From assembly GCA_002633005.1 (NCBI GenBank), contig NMRA01000719.1, positions 119,466 to 183,465 of the forward strand: a stretch of DNA of 64,000 bases, given 5' to 3'. The notes beneath the pieces are model-generated. The model was not told where the DNA came from. It saw only the letters and a list, made by a program, of their open reading frames with translations, and did not search any database. The number at the start of each line of letters is the position of its first letter. Position 1 is the first letter of the stretch. The position numbers and the translations under genes are program-made. The DNA comes from Phoronis australis (lineage: Eukaryota > Animalia > Phoronida). Shown piece after piece: positions 49,083 through 58,700 of this stretch.

Positions 49083-52000
49083 AGTGATGGCGAAAGTGAG
49101 GCTGAACAAGATGATGAAAATGTCGATGATGATGAAGAAGGTGAGAATATTTTGATGTAGCACGAATTTAGAAGTGGTTTGAAGAAATTACCATTTTCTG
49201 CTATGGCGGTGAGATATTCAAATAAGTTGTGTCAGTGGATGGCGTTAACATATTTTGTGGACGACAGTCTGGAGGAGATTTAAAGCAGTGGCATTTTACT
49301 CTTCATCATCATGCTGTTCAAAAGATTCGTGCAAAAAAGTTTACCATTACAAAATGTTTGTGAATGAAAGAAATGAATGACTTAAGATGTACCAGGTGGC
49401 GCTAGTGTGACAATAGTCCTATCAGCAGGTAGTCACGTGTGATTATTACCCCACAGATACCCATACTGATGAACTGCTTTTTGCTCCCAATCTATCATAT
49501 TCCATGAAATTAAACCAGGTGGCGCTAGTGTGACAATAGTCCTATCAGCAGGTAGTCACGTGTGATTGTTACCCCACAGATACCCATACTGATGAACTGC
49601 TTTTTGCTTCCAATCTATCATATTCCATGAAATTAAATCAGTTCATTGCTACTCATTACATTTATTTAAATGTATTTTATGAAGATATGCGAATTTTTTA
49701 CTGCAATTTCATTTGACTTCATTTACTTGGCAAATCTTTATTATCAGCCATTCAATTTTCGATGAATTTAACAGTTTTGCATGATTTCACCTTAGTGTGT
49801 TAGTGGATTTGCACGAAATTTTGCACACTTATTTAAGGAACAGTGTCCCTGTTTTTTATTATCCTTCGATTAATGTAGATGTTGGCCATCAAAAATGAAG
49901 TCCTGTGGCAATGTTTTGCAAGGTGGCTTTGAGGGCTGTTATCAAATTTGTGCAGTGATAGACTAAAAATCTAATTCACTGTTCCCTTTTGTTTATGGTC
50001 AGAATATACAGTTAAAACACGAAGTCACCGTGTTCATTGTTGCTGTTTGTTATCATTGTTTATTTAATATTACTGTTTGTGTGACGTTTTAAGGCTTAAA
50101 TTAAGATTTTTCAGTCATTGATGATTCAGAAAATTTTAGAGGTTGACAATGGACATTTAAAAAGTTATTTAATGAAATGTGAAAATGTTGATAATTATCT
50201 TAACTTTACCTTTCATGACCGCTGGAAATTTGAAGTTGAGTCAAAATTGAGTCAAATTGAAGTCCTTTTTGTGCCTTTACAACACAAAAGATTTATATGC
50301 TAGATTCTTGATGTTTGATCAGAACTGCTGCTAGGTACCTAGAATAACGATTTTGATCACATCCACATAAAATGTCTTCATTCTACATCACCAAAAATCC
50401 TAGTAAAAAGATGCAACTTATGTTGTACTCTGATTGTTTTCATAGTGTTTGCCTAACATCTGACATATGCTGTGTGTTCATAGTGTTTGCCTAACATCTG
50501 ACATATGCTGTGTGTTCATAGTGTTTGCCTAACATCTGACATATGCTGTGTGTTCATAGTGTTTGCCTAACATCTGACATATGCTGTGTGTTCATAGTGT
50601 TTGCCTAACATCTGACATATGCTGTGTGTTCATAGTGTTTGCCTAACATCTGACATATGCTGTGTGTTCATAGTGTTTGCCTAACATCTGACATATGCTG
50701 TGTGTTCATAGTGTTTGCCTAACATCTGACATATGCTGTGTGTTCATAGTGTTTGCCTAACATCTGACATATGCTGTGTGTTCATAGTGTTTGCCTAACA
50801 TCTGACATATGCTGTGTGTTCATAGTGTTTGCCTAACATCTGACATATGCTGTGTGTTCATAGTGTTTGCCTAACATCTGACATATGCTGTGTGTTCATA
50901 GTGTTTGCCTAACATCTGACATATGCTGTGTGTTCATAGTGTTTGCCTAACATCTTACATACATATGTTGTGTTTTCAGAAGACAATGAGGCTGAAGAGA
51001 AAACACCAGTCAAGCGTAACAAGAGGAAAGCTGATGAAAGCAAGGTACGAAGCCATGTGCCTTAACATAAGTTTATAGAAGAGCTATGTGTATTCGAGTT
51101 GGGTTGGTGTTGAGTCATGTGTAATTGAACTTTGTATTTTCAAGTTGGGTTGGGATAGTTCCACATGCTTCAGAGTTGATTGGGATTTGTCGACATGTCT
51201 TCATGTTGGGCTAGGGTTGTTTCATGTGCCTTCATGTTGGGACAGGGTTGTTCCTTATGATCTGTCTTCAAATTGGGTGGGATTGGGCCATGTATCTTCA
51301 AGTAAAGTGGGATTGAGGCCTATGTTTTGAAATTGGCACAGGACTAAGTCTTGAGTCTTCAGGTTCGGGTTGGATTGAGCCCTTTGTTTTTGAATTTGGT
51401 TAGGGATAAGCTATGTTTATTTTTTTTACTTCGGTTAGGGTGGAGTCATGCCTCTTACAGTCTGGGTCCCGGTGTAGTTGAGCGTTTTTTTCCATTTGAA
51501 CGATGTAACTATTGTGATTATGGCTGAGCCTTGTATCCTTGAGCAAGTTTTGGTCTTAGTGATATATCTTAGTTGGATTAAGGATGAATGAGTGTGCGTA
51601 AGATTAGGGTTGTTCATGTATCTTGTTAATGGGTACATTGTGTCTGGGTAGGTCTCACGTGCCCAGATCTACTGACAACAAGCAAACCTGTGCATTTTCC
51701 TCTGTGGACCTCTGAACACCAGTGAGTGTAGATGTGTGCGTGTTCGTACGTCTCATTATTTATTGTATTTCAGTCGTTGAACACAAGCAGCATGTCAGTG
51801 GAGCAGGGTACTGTGGAACGTGAGGACATGGGGCGCAAACTTAAGAAACAACAAGATGAGGAGAGAAGGCTGGCCGAGATGATGATTCCTAAAAAGAAGA
51901 AACGACTATACAACAAGATTATGCACTCAAAGAAGAGGAAAGCCCAGGAGGTATGTTATGACAGGGAGGGCTCCTCAGCAATCAGCTTATTGGCAATTTA

Positions 52001-52321
52001 TCATTAAGGATTTTTGTAGAAATTCATATGAATTTGATAAGAACCTGTTTATATATCTTGCGTGGTTTAACTGACCTCTGAACATTCTGTGTTCAACCTA
52101 TAATCACCTGAAGATGTTTTAGTGTTAAAACAAAATCCTGTCTTTTACCATGAATTTGTACGTTTTCACCATTATTTTTAAGTGCTTGACGGTACTGTGG
52201 CTAAAGGCTAGTATCATTAATATTCAATGAATGTTGGTTTCAGGTAAAACGATTGACTGAGAAAAGGAATGAATACGAAAGGGAGATGAAAAAACTAAAG
52301 AAACAGAAAGGGTCAAGTTAA
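6072..52321 (+). CDS. PES1: Pescadillo homolog (PES1/Nop7, PeBoW complex, 60S biogenesis); complete 16-exon gene, 607 aa
   Basis: Manual splicing of 6072-6092, 16385-16464, 18169-18322, 39010-39119, 40061-40188, 41491-41534, 42757-42846, 44044-44226, 44793-44873, 45862-45995, 47074-47199, 47743-47927, 48973-49140, 50980-51044, 51774-51950, 52244-52321 gives 1824 nt in one frame with GT-AG boundaries. It contains pescadillo motifs [32 protein letters not shown], the BRCT segment ([16 protein letters not shown]...[12 protein letters not shown]...LPPHLSPF), an acidic tract and a basic C-terminus. Confidence 0.96.
6243..6311. mobile_element. 69-bp perfect fold-back element with 8-bp TSD
   Basis: 27-bp perfect arms (CACAGGCACCTTTAAGTAGCCCTCTAC), 15-nt AT loop, TSD AACAAAAC on both sides. 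Confidence 0.85.
6526..8020 (+). mobile_element. Non-autonomous Tc1/mariner-pogo-like element, family A copy 1
   Basis: TIR CCGTATTCGCCGTATTAACCGCCC / GGGCAGTTATTACGGCGAAAACGG, TA TSD; homologous along its length to 14823-16220 in opposite orientation. Confidence 0.8.
7678..9510. repeat. 916-bp tandem duplication split by a single N (probable assembly artefact)
   Basis: 7678-8593 and 8595-9510 differ by only about eight substitutions and abut the N at 8594. Confidence 0.85.
9866..10547 (+). mobile_element. hAT MITE, deletion derivative of the 28494-31749 family, nested in the Merlin element
   Basis: TIR CAGTGCTGTAGTGG / CCAGTACAGCACTG; shares subterminal GCACAGCCAACCACCTTT repeats and both ends with 28494-31749. 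Confidence 0.8.
10990..11500 (+). pseudogene. Merlin/ISXO2-like transposase remnant (frameshifted)
   Basis: [14 protein letters not shown]...WVFGG...[13 protein letters not shown] in one frame, then GSIVHSD..AY...[25 protein letters not shown]...YLDEFMWR in another: the DDE_Tnp_IS1595 signature. Confidence 0.88.
14550..14670. repeat. Degenerate ~17-bp tandem repeat (GCGATCATTTTTACTA)
   Basis: About seven imperfect units. Confidence 0.6.
14823..16220 (-). mobile_element. Non-autonomous Tc1/mariner-pogo-like element, family A copy 2 (inverted)
   Basis: TIR CCATATTCGCCGTAATAACCGCCC / GGGCGGTTATTACAGCGAGTACGG, TA TSD; reverse-complement homology to 6526-8020. Confidence 0.8.
16385..16464 (+). 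CDS. PES1: PES1 exon 2 ([27 protein letters not shown])
   Basis: ttacag acceptor, AG|GTAAGT donor, conserved pescadillo N-terminal motif. Confidence 0.95.
16705..17960 (-). mobile_element. Penelope-like retroelement fragment (RT plus start of GIY-YIG region), internally deleted, in PES1 intron 2
   Basis: [10 protein letters not shown] (~17840-17870), [48 protein letters not shown] motifs typical of Penelope-like RT/EN; frameshifts; boundaries approximate. Confidence 0.85.
16738..16786 (-). ncRNA. Minimal type I hammerhead ribozyme at the 3' end of the Penelope-like element
   Basis: Minus strand reads CUU-CUGAUGA-U-GGUGU(loop)ACACC-GAAAC-AU-GUC-AAG: intact core, 5-bp stem II, palindromic mini stem III, only 3 bp of stem I. 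Confidence 0.75.
18169..18322 (+). CDS. PES1: PES1 exon 3 ([17 protein letters not shown]...[15 protein letters not shown])
   Basis: ttccag acceptor, GTAAGT donor, conserved motif. Confidence 0.95.
22546..24956 (+). mobile_element. Non-autonomous pogo-like element, family B, complete
   Basis: TIR CCGTAATCGTTCGGGTTAACGCCC / GGGCGTTAACCAGAACGATTACGG, TA TSD, subterminal TTAA(C/G)CGCCC repeats; no transposase. Confidence 0.8.
25245..25841. repeat. 18-bp minisatellite (CTGTAGTGCCTCCACAC[A/T]) x ~33
   Basis: Direct inspection; explains the five overlapping repetitive ORFs at 25195-25855. Confidence 0.97.
25911..27370 (+). mobile_element. Non-autonomous pogo-like element, family B, 3'-truncated second copy
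   Basis: Starts TA-CCGTAAACGTTTGGGTTAACGCCC, collinear with 22546-~24040, then broken by other repeats. Confidence 0.8.
27535..28140 (+). mobile_element. Possible Helentron-associated (HINE/DINE-like) non-autonomous element
   Basis: Starts in a T-run, short hairpin (ccacata..tatgtgg), (CGTC)n-like microsatellite, then repeated ..AACC..TGAAATTT(T)GCA blocks; boundaries uncertain. Confidence 0.45.
28494..31749 (+). mobile_element. hAT transposon, full-length but decayed
   Basis: TIR CAGTGCTTTAGTGG / CCACTACAGCACTG, 8-bp TSD GCTGAAAA/GCTGAAAG, encloses a transposase pseudogene. Confidence 0.9.
28990..31122 (+). pseudogene. hAT transposase pseudogene (ZNF862/KIAA1586-like)
   Basis: Fragments [42 protein letters not shown] (hAT dimerisation motif) across shifted frames with stops. 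Confidence 0.88.
32468..33505 (-). CDS. Rhodopsin-like (class A) GPCR, orphan, single coding exon, nested antisense in PES1 intron 3
   Basis: 345-aa intact ORF with seven hydrophobic segments, GN in TM1, LAVVD in TM2, DRL (DRY variant) after TM3, TM4 Trp, Cys pair (top of TM3/ECL2), CALP in TM6, NSFANPIIY in TM7, helix 8 FR.EF and C-terminal Cys. Confidence 0.95.
   Translation of the reverse strand: MNTTDSASKGGMPSGGMPTMRMIQHIPQTTAWILLGVKVVFFVLIILGNSFVLAVICRNRKIRSMPYTVYVLALAVVDLITGLFTVPMDIYKNVVPNLMDPDAPIPPHYMDKSLCLTGMFSINQILTWSSSTLMVIAADRLIATVWPLKYHTLVTHGRATVVLLVTWVVTSIPLYVATAYTDLVTYNPKKPCMMPYQYHPMLKVAVVLLWGTVQLVVCFILYIGAGLTMCSGKTQVSNQRRVTVMMAVIIIVFMVCALPIMIINLIQINLPPMDRMTMAYVFFGMMHANSFANPIIYNVANKTFRDEFVAICRCRHSTYSHDESDEEKTAYDLEPTAHITETYKM
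34948..35076 (-). promoter_or_regulatory. Candidate TATA box and non-coding first exon of the nested GPCR
   Basis: Minus strand: TATATAAA at 35076-35069, strong donor AG|GTAAGG at 34948/34947, and an acceptor TTGTAG 35 nt upstream of the GPCR ATG (33546-33541). Inferred only. Confidence 0.4.
35355..35700. repeat. Degenerate ~40-bp tandem repeat (..AGACTC..GTTGACTAA..ATAACTT..)
   Basis: About eight imperfect units. Confidence 0.6.
39010..39119 (+). CDS. PES1: PES1 exon 4 (VFVRKLKKA...[13 protein letters not shown])
   Basis: tattag acceptor, AG|GTATGC donor, conserved motif. Confidence 0.95.
40061..40188 (+). CDS. PES1: PES1 exon 5 ([25 protein letters not shown]...)
   Basis: tttgtag acceptor, GTGAGT donor, conserved motif. 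Confidence 0.95.
41491..41534 (+). CDS. PES1: PES1 exon 6 ([15 protein letters not shown])
   Basis: tttttcag acceptor, AAG|GTAGGT donor, phase-consistent. Confidence 0.93.
42061..42543. mobile_element. hAT-type MITE with internal perfect hairpin
   Basis: TIR TAGGCCTTTAT / ATGAAGGCCTG, perfect 8-bp TSD CTGACATC; 20-bp perfect stem at 42488-42529. Confidence 0.8.
42757..42846 (+). CDS. PES1: PES1 exon 7 ([30 protein letters not shown])
   Basis: ctgtag acceptor, GTGAGT donor, conserved motif. Confidence 0.95.
44044..44226 (+). CDS. PES1: PES1 exon 8 ([29 protein letters not shown]...)
   Basis: ttacag acceptor, GTATGT donor; overlaps ORF 44071-44271. Confidence 0.95.
44793..44873 (+). CDS. PES1: PES1 exon 9 (RLSALTQSL...EVDDFPI)
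   Basis: ttcttgcag acceptor, GTAAGC donor. Confidence 0.92.
45862..45995 (+). CDS. PES1: PES1 exon 10 (start of BRCT: [23 protein letters not shown])
   Basis: tgtttag acceptor, AG|GTCTGT donor, conserved motif. Confidence 0.93.
46440..46740. repeat. Degenerate ~55-60-bp tandem repeat (AAGTAAATTGTG..GAGAGCAAAT)
   Basis: About five imperfect units. Confidence 0.5.
47074..47199 (+). CDS. PES1: PES1 exon 11 ([10 protein letters not shown]...ITHHIADRP)
   Basis: ctctag acceptor, AG|GTATAA donor, BRCT motif. Confidence 0.94.
47743..47927 (+). CDS. PES1: PES1 exon 12 ([13 protein letters not shown]...LPPHLSPFV...YVPPE)
   Basis: ttcacag acceptor; donor taken as G|GTGTGT at 47928 (an alternative same-phase G|GTGGAA exists at 47907). 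Confidence 0.9.
48973..49140 (+). CDS. PES1: PES1 exon 13 (Asp/Glu-rich tract incl. (GAT)13)
   Basis: ccacaag acceptor, G|GTGAGA donor; acidic region expected after the BRCT domain. Confidence 0.9.
49391..49638. repeat. 124-bp tandem duplication
   Basis: Units start at 49391 and 49515 (accaggtggcgctagtgtgac...ccatgaaattaa), nearly identical. Confidence 0.9.
50441..50955. repeat. Perfect 38-bp tandem repeat x ~13.5 abutting the PES1 exon 14 acceptor
   Basis: Unit CATAGTGTTTGCCTAACATCTGACATATGCTGTGTGTT, identical copies, no spacers. Confidence 0.97.
50980..51044 (+). CDS. PES1: PES1 exon 14 ([22 protein letters not shown])
   Basis: ttttcag acceptor, AAG|GTACGA donor; needed to bridge phase 1 to phase 0 between exons 13 and 15. 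Confidence 0.85.
51085..51620. repeat. Degenerate ~29-bp tandem repeat (CTTCAAGTTGGGTTGGGATTGAGCCATGT)
   Basis: Many imperfect units in PES1 intron 14. Confidence 0.6.
51774..51950 (+). CDS. PES1: PES1 exon 15 (…[31 protein letters not shown])
   Basis: atttcag acceptor, GTATGT donor, conserved C-terminal motif. Confidence 0.95.
52244..52321 (+). CDS. PES1: PES1 exon 16, terminal ([25 protein letters not shown])
   Basis: tttcag acceptor; L.EKR motif; TAA at 52319-52321. Confidence 0.9.
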   Translation, partial: VKRLTEKRNEYEREMKKLKKQKGSS

Positions 52322-55300
52322 CCATGAGATGATGATACAATTGTAGATGGGTCTTGTTGTCTGACCGTCAGCAGTAGGTCAGCAGCCAGTGAGACATACT
52401 GAGGAGGGTGTATAGGACCTCGTCCGTCTGTTTTACGATACCTTATGTATGAGAACAGTTCATTTGAGACTAGTTGTCTTGTTTCACAATTTTTTTGTTT
52501 AAACTTGAACTGAGGTGCGTCTCTTACCTATTTTTGATATCGTTTCCAAATGAAGTAGTTTCTCTTAGTCTGGGTTAGTTGAGCAGTTTTAGGCCTGCTT
52601 TATCTTTGTTACTCAGCATGATGAACCTTGACCTATGAGTGATCTTCAGACTGAGACTGAGCTCCGTGAAACTGACCACAGGAATATTTCTTCAAAAACA
52701 TTTGTGCCTTTCATGTTGAAACTCAACCTATACGGTGGCCTTTGAATTGACAGCCAGGGTAAGCCTATGCTCTTTTGTTGTGCAATAGGAACTGGAAATT
52801 CACTAGGTGGCACTGATAAAGTAAAGGTTGTGTTCGTAGAAAGGTACAAACACCACTGTGTTGATGAACTGTTTTCTGTTGGTAATCTGTAAGTGACCTT
52901 TCCTCATGAAGCAGCAGCTGGTAAATATTAGTTTGTTGCCTACTCTTTTTTCTACTGACGTACCAGATTCTTTTGAAACTGACTGCTTGAAAGCAAGTCT
53001 CCTTCATTAAATCTTTAAAAAATTACCTCGTGTGCCTCTTGTAAAGAAACTGTGACAAATTACACTGTGGCATCTAAGACGAAATGCATGTGAACTATTA
53101 TTGCCTATACACTGGATGCTGTGTACATTAAGTCCAATTTGGTATGTAGATGGCAAGAAATGATATCTGTTAATCACTTCGTGCCAGCCTAACTGGAATA
53201 TTTTTGATGCAGTGTATTTAAACATGATCCCTAAGTACATGTTTATCAATGTTTATTATTATTATGTTTATTTTAAATTAAATGACATTTCAATTATGTT
53301 TTTTTTTTGCTATTTCTACCCTAGACAGGGTCTCGGTGTTTAAAATGCAGAGATCAAGAGTCCTGTTAACAGTGTTGCCCTATTTAATCATTGCCATTTT
53401 CAAATTCGTAATTTTAGGATTGGCGAACACTATAGTCGGAAGTGTTTTTTTTTTGATTCTATAAATAGTTTTGATGTTCTTGTTGGTAACGGAAATAGAA
53501 AATTTTAAGACCGATTTTATGAGACCAAAAAGGCCCAATTCAATTTTAGCCAGCTATTTAAAGCAGAGAGTGTGAAATGCTACTTTAAACACTGTCTTTG
53601 ACTGGAATAGCACATGGTTGGGCATCTGAACTGAAATCGACCGATAAAATTTTTCTCTATTTATTTGAGTGAAAGAGGTACAGAACACTCCATGAAAGTC
53701 CTCATATAACCATAGATACATAATTAAGAAGAGTTAATGTGCGACTTGTAGAGAGTATGACACAGACACTATAAATAATGAAACCTATTGAACAAGGTAC
53801 CCATGCATGTATATTACAAATCTATAAAACGTGGTAAGGATACAGATAAATCCTGTGAATGCCATATTGTATGAATGCACTAAAAAACAAATCGAAATTT
53901 TGCAACATTTTAAAGCAAAATGCCCTGAATGTATGGGCCACACATAAAACAATCAAATCACAGACCAGACTTGTTCTAATGCTTGGTAAACAAACCATCT
54001 TGGAAAATGATGAGACTCAACTAGCAATAGATTCATACACTTAAAATTGACTTTCCCTTTAACAGTAAGACTTGCCACAATCTCACATGACGAGACACAG
54101 CAGTCCAGTTGCATCCTGTCGACGTTCATTTTCTCTTGCTACATGAAATGCTGACAAATTCTCATCTATGCTGGCATTCTCTTGTGTTGCTCCCTGACAG
54201 GTGACCTCCCATACGCCTCTTAATACATCTGCAGTTGACCCAGCTCTTCCAAATTTATTAGTTAATGTTAAAACTAATAAAAATAAGAAAAAGTTGTGAT
54301 GCCCGAAGCATTTGGCAGAGTTGGAAGAATAGATCACCAACCAATCGCAGAGTGTGGGACAAAATCTCCCAGCCTGTTGTGTAACTTGCATACGGTGTAT
54401 AGCCAAGCATGAAGAAAACCAGCACGAGGTCTCGCAAACCACAAGAGGATTCCAGCTTTGAAGCCACATGACATTGGCAGAAGGTCTTTTAACGACTTAA
54501 CTTTTGAATATGGGAGGAAATTACGGGATAGTGACTTGATGATTGAGAGAAAATTAACTCTCAAGGCTTCTGATGTACCACAGGGGCTAATGCGGACACC
54601 TGTCAGTTGTGTACACGATGAACAATTGGCTTTGAAATTGAAATAGCTTCTGCCAAATACATTAACATTAATACCAGCACACATGATCTCCATTTAACAG
54701 TCATGTAAATACCTCTAAAACTATAATTGCTGTAACCAAGAAGACTGAAGCATTGTTTCCATCGGGACCAAAAACTGAAAACGTACTATCTTTAAAAACA
54801 CTTAAAAAGTTGGAGAAACTTAGAATTTGCAATGCATTCAGTTGGCATTTGTTTTCTGGCTTTGCACTATGGATGAGAAGAGTTCACAGTCTGCTTCTGT
54901 TGGTGGTTCCTCTGCTGACAGCTTCATATCTTCAAATTTTAAGTTGGTGAACTTTGACATTAGCCACTGTTCTTGGTGACACTACAACCAACAGCATCTG
55001 AGAAATGGGTACAAAAAACAATGCAGCTGTCCTGAGGTCGCAACAATTTAACCCATAGTCAGAGAACATTACCTGGCAATAGACTGACAACATTCACAGC
55101 ACTGCAGCATTCTACACAGCTCTGTTAATAGATTAATTGATCCTGTGATATGAGTGTCACTTGGCAATATGCTCGCAAGGCAATAGTTGCTTACAGGGGT
55201 TCCAGATTTTGAGAACCAGTTCCATACATGTTATTCAGTTGAGAAAACTGGTTCTCAAAATGTGACTATTACCCTAGCCATATTTATAGTGCTGAAGCGG

Positions 55301-55645
55301 TAGGTAGTACATATACCCTGACAACATTCACTGAGTTCGCCAATTCTGTAAGCTCAGATTACTCTAGTTCATTGTAAGTGAACCAAATGAAGTTGAACTT
55401 GACTACTTAACCTGCTTAGATAGTTTCACTTGCAATGCACGTCACATGACCGGCCACTTTCAAATGCTGTTTCAGTAGATTAACTGATTTGCCACTTGAC
55501 ACATGTAATTCTTGGTTGTTGTTTAATAGAGCACCTTCAAGCAAGACCACATCTATTCACTTTTCCCTTGAAATAAATTAACTTTTTCCGAGTAGTAGTT
55601 AGGGAAAGATAGCCATTGTGTTGCAATACTTCAGACCACAGATCA

Positions 55646-55789
55646 CTAATAGACTGGTCTCTCCTTCTGCAGTCTGTAAATATCCGTAGCACTCAGACAA
55701 TCGGTTATACTGCATTGGTAGTCTATGCGATTAGCCAGGTGACCATACAACAGAATGTTGTTCACTTTGGTGTGGAATCTCACTTTGCC
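55646..55789 (-). CDS. MYO19: MYO19 terminal exon (GKVRFHTKVNNILLY...RPVY*)
   Basis: ttttttcag acceptor, phase 0, TAG stop; G.(I/V).FH motif resembles the MYO19 C-terminus. Confidence 0.8.
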   Translation of the reverse strand, partial: GKVRFHTKVNNILLYGHLANRIDYQCSITDCLSATDIYRLQKERPVY

Positions 55790-58700
55790 CTGAAAAAAAT
55801 AATGCAATCGGTTAGTTATTTGCGGATCCGAATGCCCTTATGTTTAGCAAACAGGGACAGAAAGAATTACACAATTGGGTGAATAGAATGTTCTCAAAAA
55901 CATCTAAAATTACATGGCAAACTGCGAAGGTAAATCGAAAAGATTTTTTATTTTTTTCACTGCCAAGGCCATCAGACAATCGCTCTTTTACACAGACCAC
56001 CAAGTCAACGGACCACCTGAGTCATTCATAAAACCAGCAACATGCACACTAATGAAGTCATCCAGATGCACGGAAAACTTAATTTTGCGCAAACACAAAT
56101 CAGCTGCACATATATTCACTGACAAACACCTGGTTGTGTTGAGGAAAAAATGCACTTTGGAAAAGGTTTCGGCAATAGTCGGATAAAACTTGGCCACATT
56201 TTGAGAACCAGCTATTTTAATTCAAACTTGATGGACGATTTGAGATTCATATGTAAGTTGAAAAACAAAAACTACAGAACAAGTGCATGAACGACATTTT
56301 GATAATGGGCAAATACCAAACAGAATAGAACAGATTATCAAATCAGAATCCTCACTTCACGTCAGTAATATGACTGAATTACAGAAGTTTGCATCGTCAA
56401 ATATGTAAAATTTACCTCAAAGACATGTCTTCGTGACAGAACGCCATCTCTCGCCTCCAGAAAATGCAAGTGCTTGTATGTCAGGCAGGCTCCACCATTC
56501 CTCAGTTGTTGCAAGACCATGTCCACAGAAGGCACTGTACCTTTACTACCAGAGCGACATCTGTTGGGTTTGGGTAGTGTGGCTGGAGTTACTCTCCTGC
56601 TAGACAATGTGCCACACGTGAACTGCTTGTCCGTCACTCCATTTATTTCAGCACAACTTGAAGTGCTCCTCCCAGTGACATACCGATAAGAAGACGACAC
56701 ATCTTGTTTATCACAGTTCAAGTCGGACACGCCCACAAAATTTATACAGGCGTTAACAGACACTACACGATCATGACACTGATCACATGACTGATCATGT
56801 GACATGCTGTGACTCGCCTCCTCACTACTCCACCTTCGATTCTGCAAGGACAGCTCCAGCACATGTCTCCTCAGTGCAATCCTCTCTCTGTATGCCATGT
56901 AGCCCCGCTCAATGACAAGCGCCGCGGATTTCATTTCTTGTTGCCTGTTACGATGCTTCAGCCACTTTCTAAAGGCTGGAAATGGTCAAGTAAATGAAGG
57001 TCAGACAACAATGATGGATATTTAACTCATATCTCTTAAAACCTAGTTTCAATCCATTGCTTTGTAAGATGTGAACTTCCAAAATAGCTAGCAAATGAAT
57101 AAGTGTTCAAAATAAGTTATTTTGGAAAAGCTTTTAGCCTGAGGCCCGTTCCAAGAAACTGACTTAAGTTCATTTTTGACTTTTAAGTCAAAAACTCAAG
57201 ATCTCTTTCTTGAAGCAGACTTGAGACAAATTAAAGTTTTATCTTAAAATTGACTGAAATTTAAGATTTATCTTTAGCTAATCCAATTTTCTTGGAATTA
57301 AGTTTGTTTTGAGAACACACGTGCGAGTGAAAGGCAAGTGTTTTGTAGGTAAGCTTGAGATCTTACAAGCGCAAACTAACAAAATGGCTGCCACTGAAGT
57401 GATTGATCGGTAAGTCTGTAATGTTTAGTTATAGGCATTATATTCATGGTTTCCATTCTATAATTAATTCTTCCTGCTGTGTCTTGCGAATGTCCTGCAT
57501 CCACACAATGCATCTCTGGTAGCATGCATGTTCTTATTTACTTTTATAATATTCCAATTATCCAGTTATTTTTTAATGTGTATATTTTCACTGAAACTAT
57601 TCAGTTGCACAACTATGTTATCAAACAAACAAACAAATTAAATCCAAACACATTTCCACTGCCATAGCAGGCATTGTGACACTCATCACTGTATACGAGT
57701 GCGTTCATTAAATAAATGCTAATAACGCTAGTTACTTAAGATTCAGATCACTTGCTCAGTTACTTTGTAATGCACAATCTCACCAAACACAAGGTATTAA
57801 CTAGTCTTACACACACCTGGTTAAGCCGTATTACCTGCTTGTAAGACCCGAGCAGCGAGCACCATCTTTTGTTCTTGTCGCACCCTACTGCGATACCTCC
57901 TCCAAGCACACTGTATTGTGAACGCCTGTTTACTGAGCACCTTAACACGAGCAGACTCCAGCATCTCCAACTGAAATAAGTGTAGAGCATTCACTCATGT
58001 GATATTAGTTTCAGGCCAAGATATCAAATAAAAGCACCAATATTTTAATTGATGATGAGAATCATTGTCAGCTTATACAGTACATGACAAAAATAAGACA
58101 AAAAATATCTTTTCCTCGTCATAACAGCTAATTCTGTCAAGACCAAAAGTGACTATCAATAGCTACCATGCCAGTAAAATTCTAATTACAGAATGGCTGA
58201 GCCAGCTTGCTAATTTTCCAGTTATTTCCCTTACATTGGTCATGAGAGAAGACTACTCTTATGATAAATTCGGCTTCTGCCCGTAAGTCACGATGGGGAA
58301 TTTCTGATCATTTTGTCTGAATACTTTTCCTAAAGTATCATCGGTGAGCAAGATAACCAAATAACATGGTTCTAAAACAGTGAGCTACATCTTCTCACCA
58401 AGAAACTCGAACAAACTCTAATAGTTGCCACTCATATTGCATATTCATTTTCTACAAGTTCGCTAGAATTCACAATTTTCCATGAGATTTTCCCACAAAA
58501 AGAACTCCCGTCTTATGATTGTTACCAAGAAACCATTCAAAGGTAACTACTGTGAATACAGTCTTCATTACCTGACCGTCTCTCAGGAAGATCTTTGTGC
58601 GACCCATTTTGTGCCCTGATGGGTCATCTCTGGGTTGCTTGCCAAACACTGAGGTGACAATGGCTGAACAGAGTCGACGTGAGTGATCAGCACTAGAAAA

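Noticed and set aside
48865-49163. Poly-Met and poly-Ile ORFs
   Set aside because: Alternative frame and opposite strand of the PES1 (GAT)n poly-Asp exon.
50441-50955. CRISPR-like array (38-bp repeats)
   Set aside because: Units are contiguous with no unique spacers, there are no cas genes, and the context is a eukaryotic intron.
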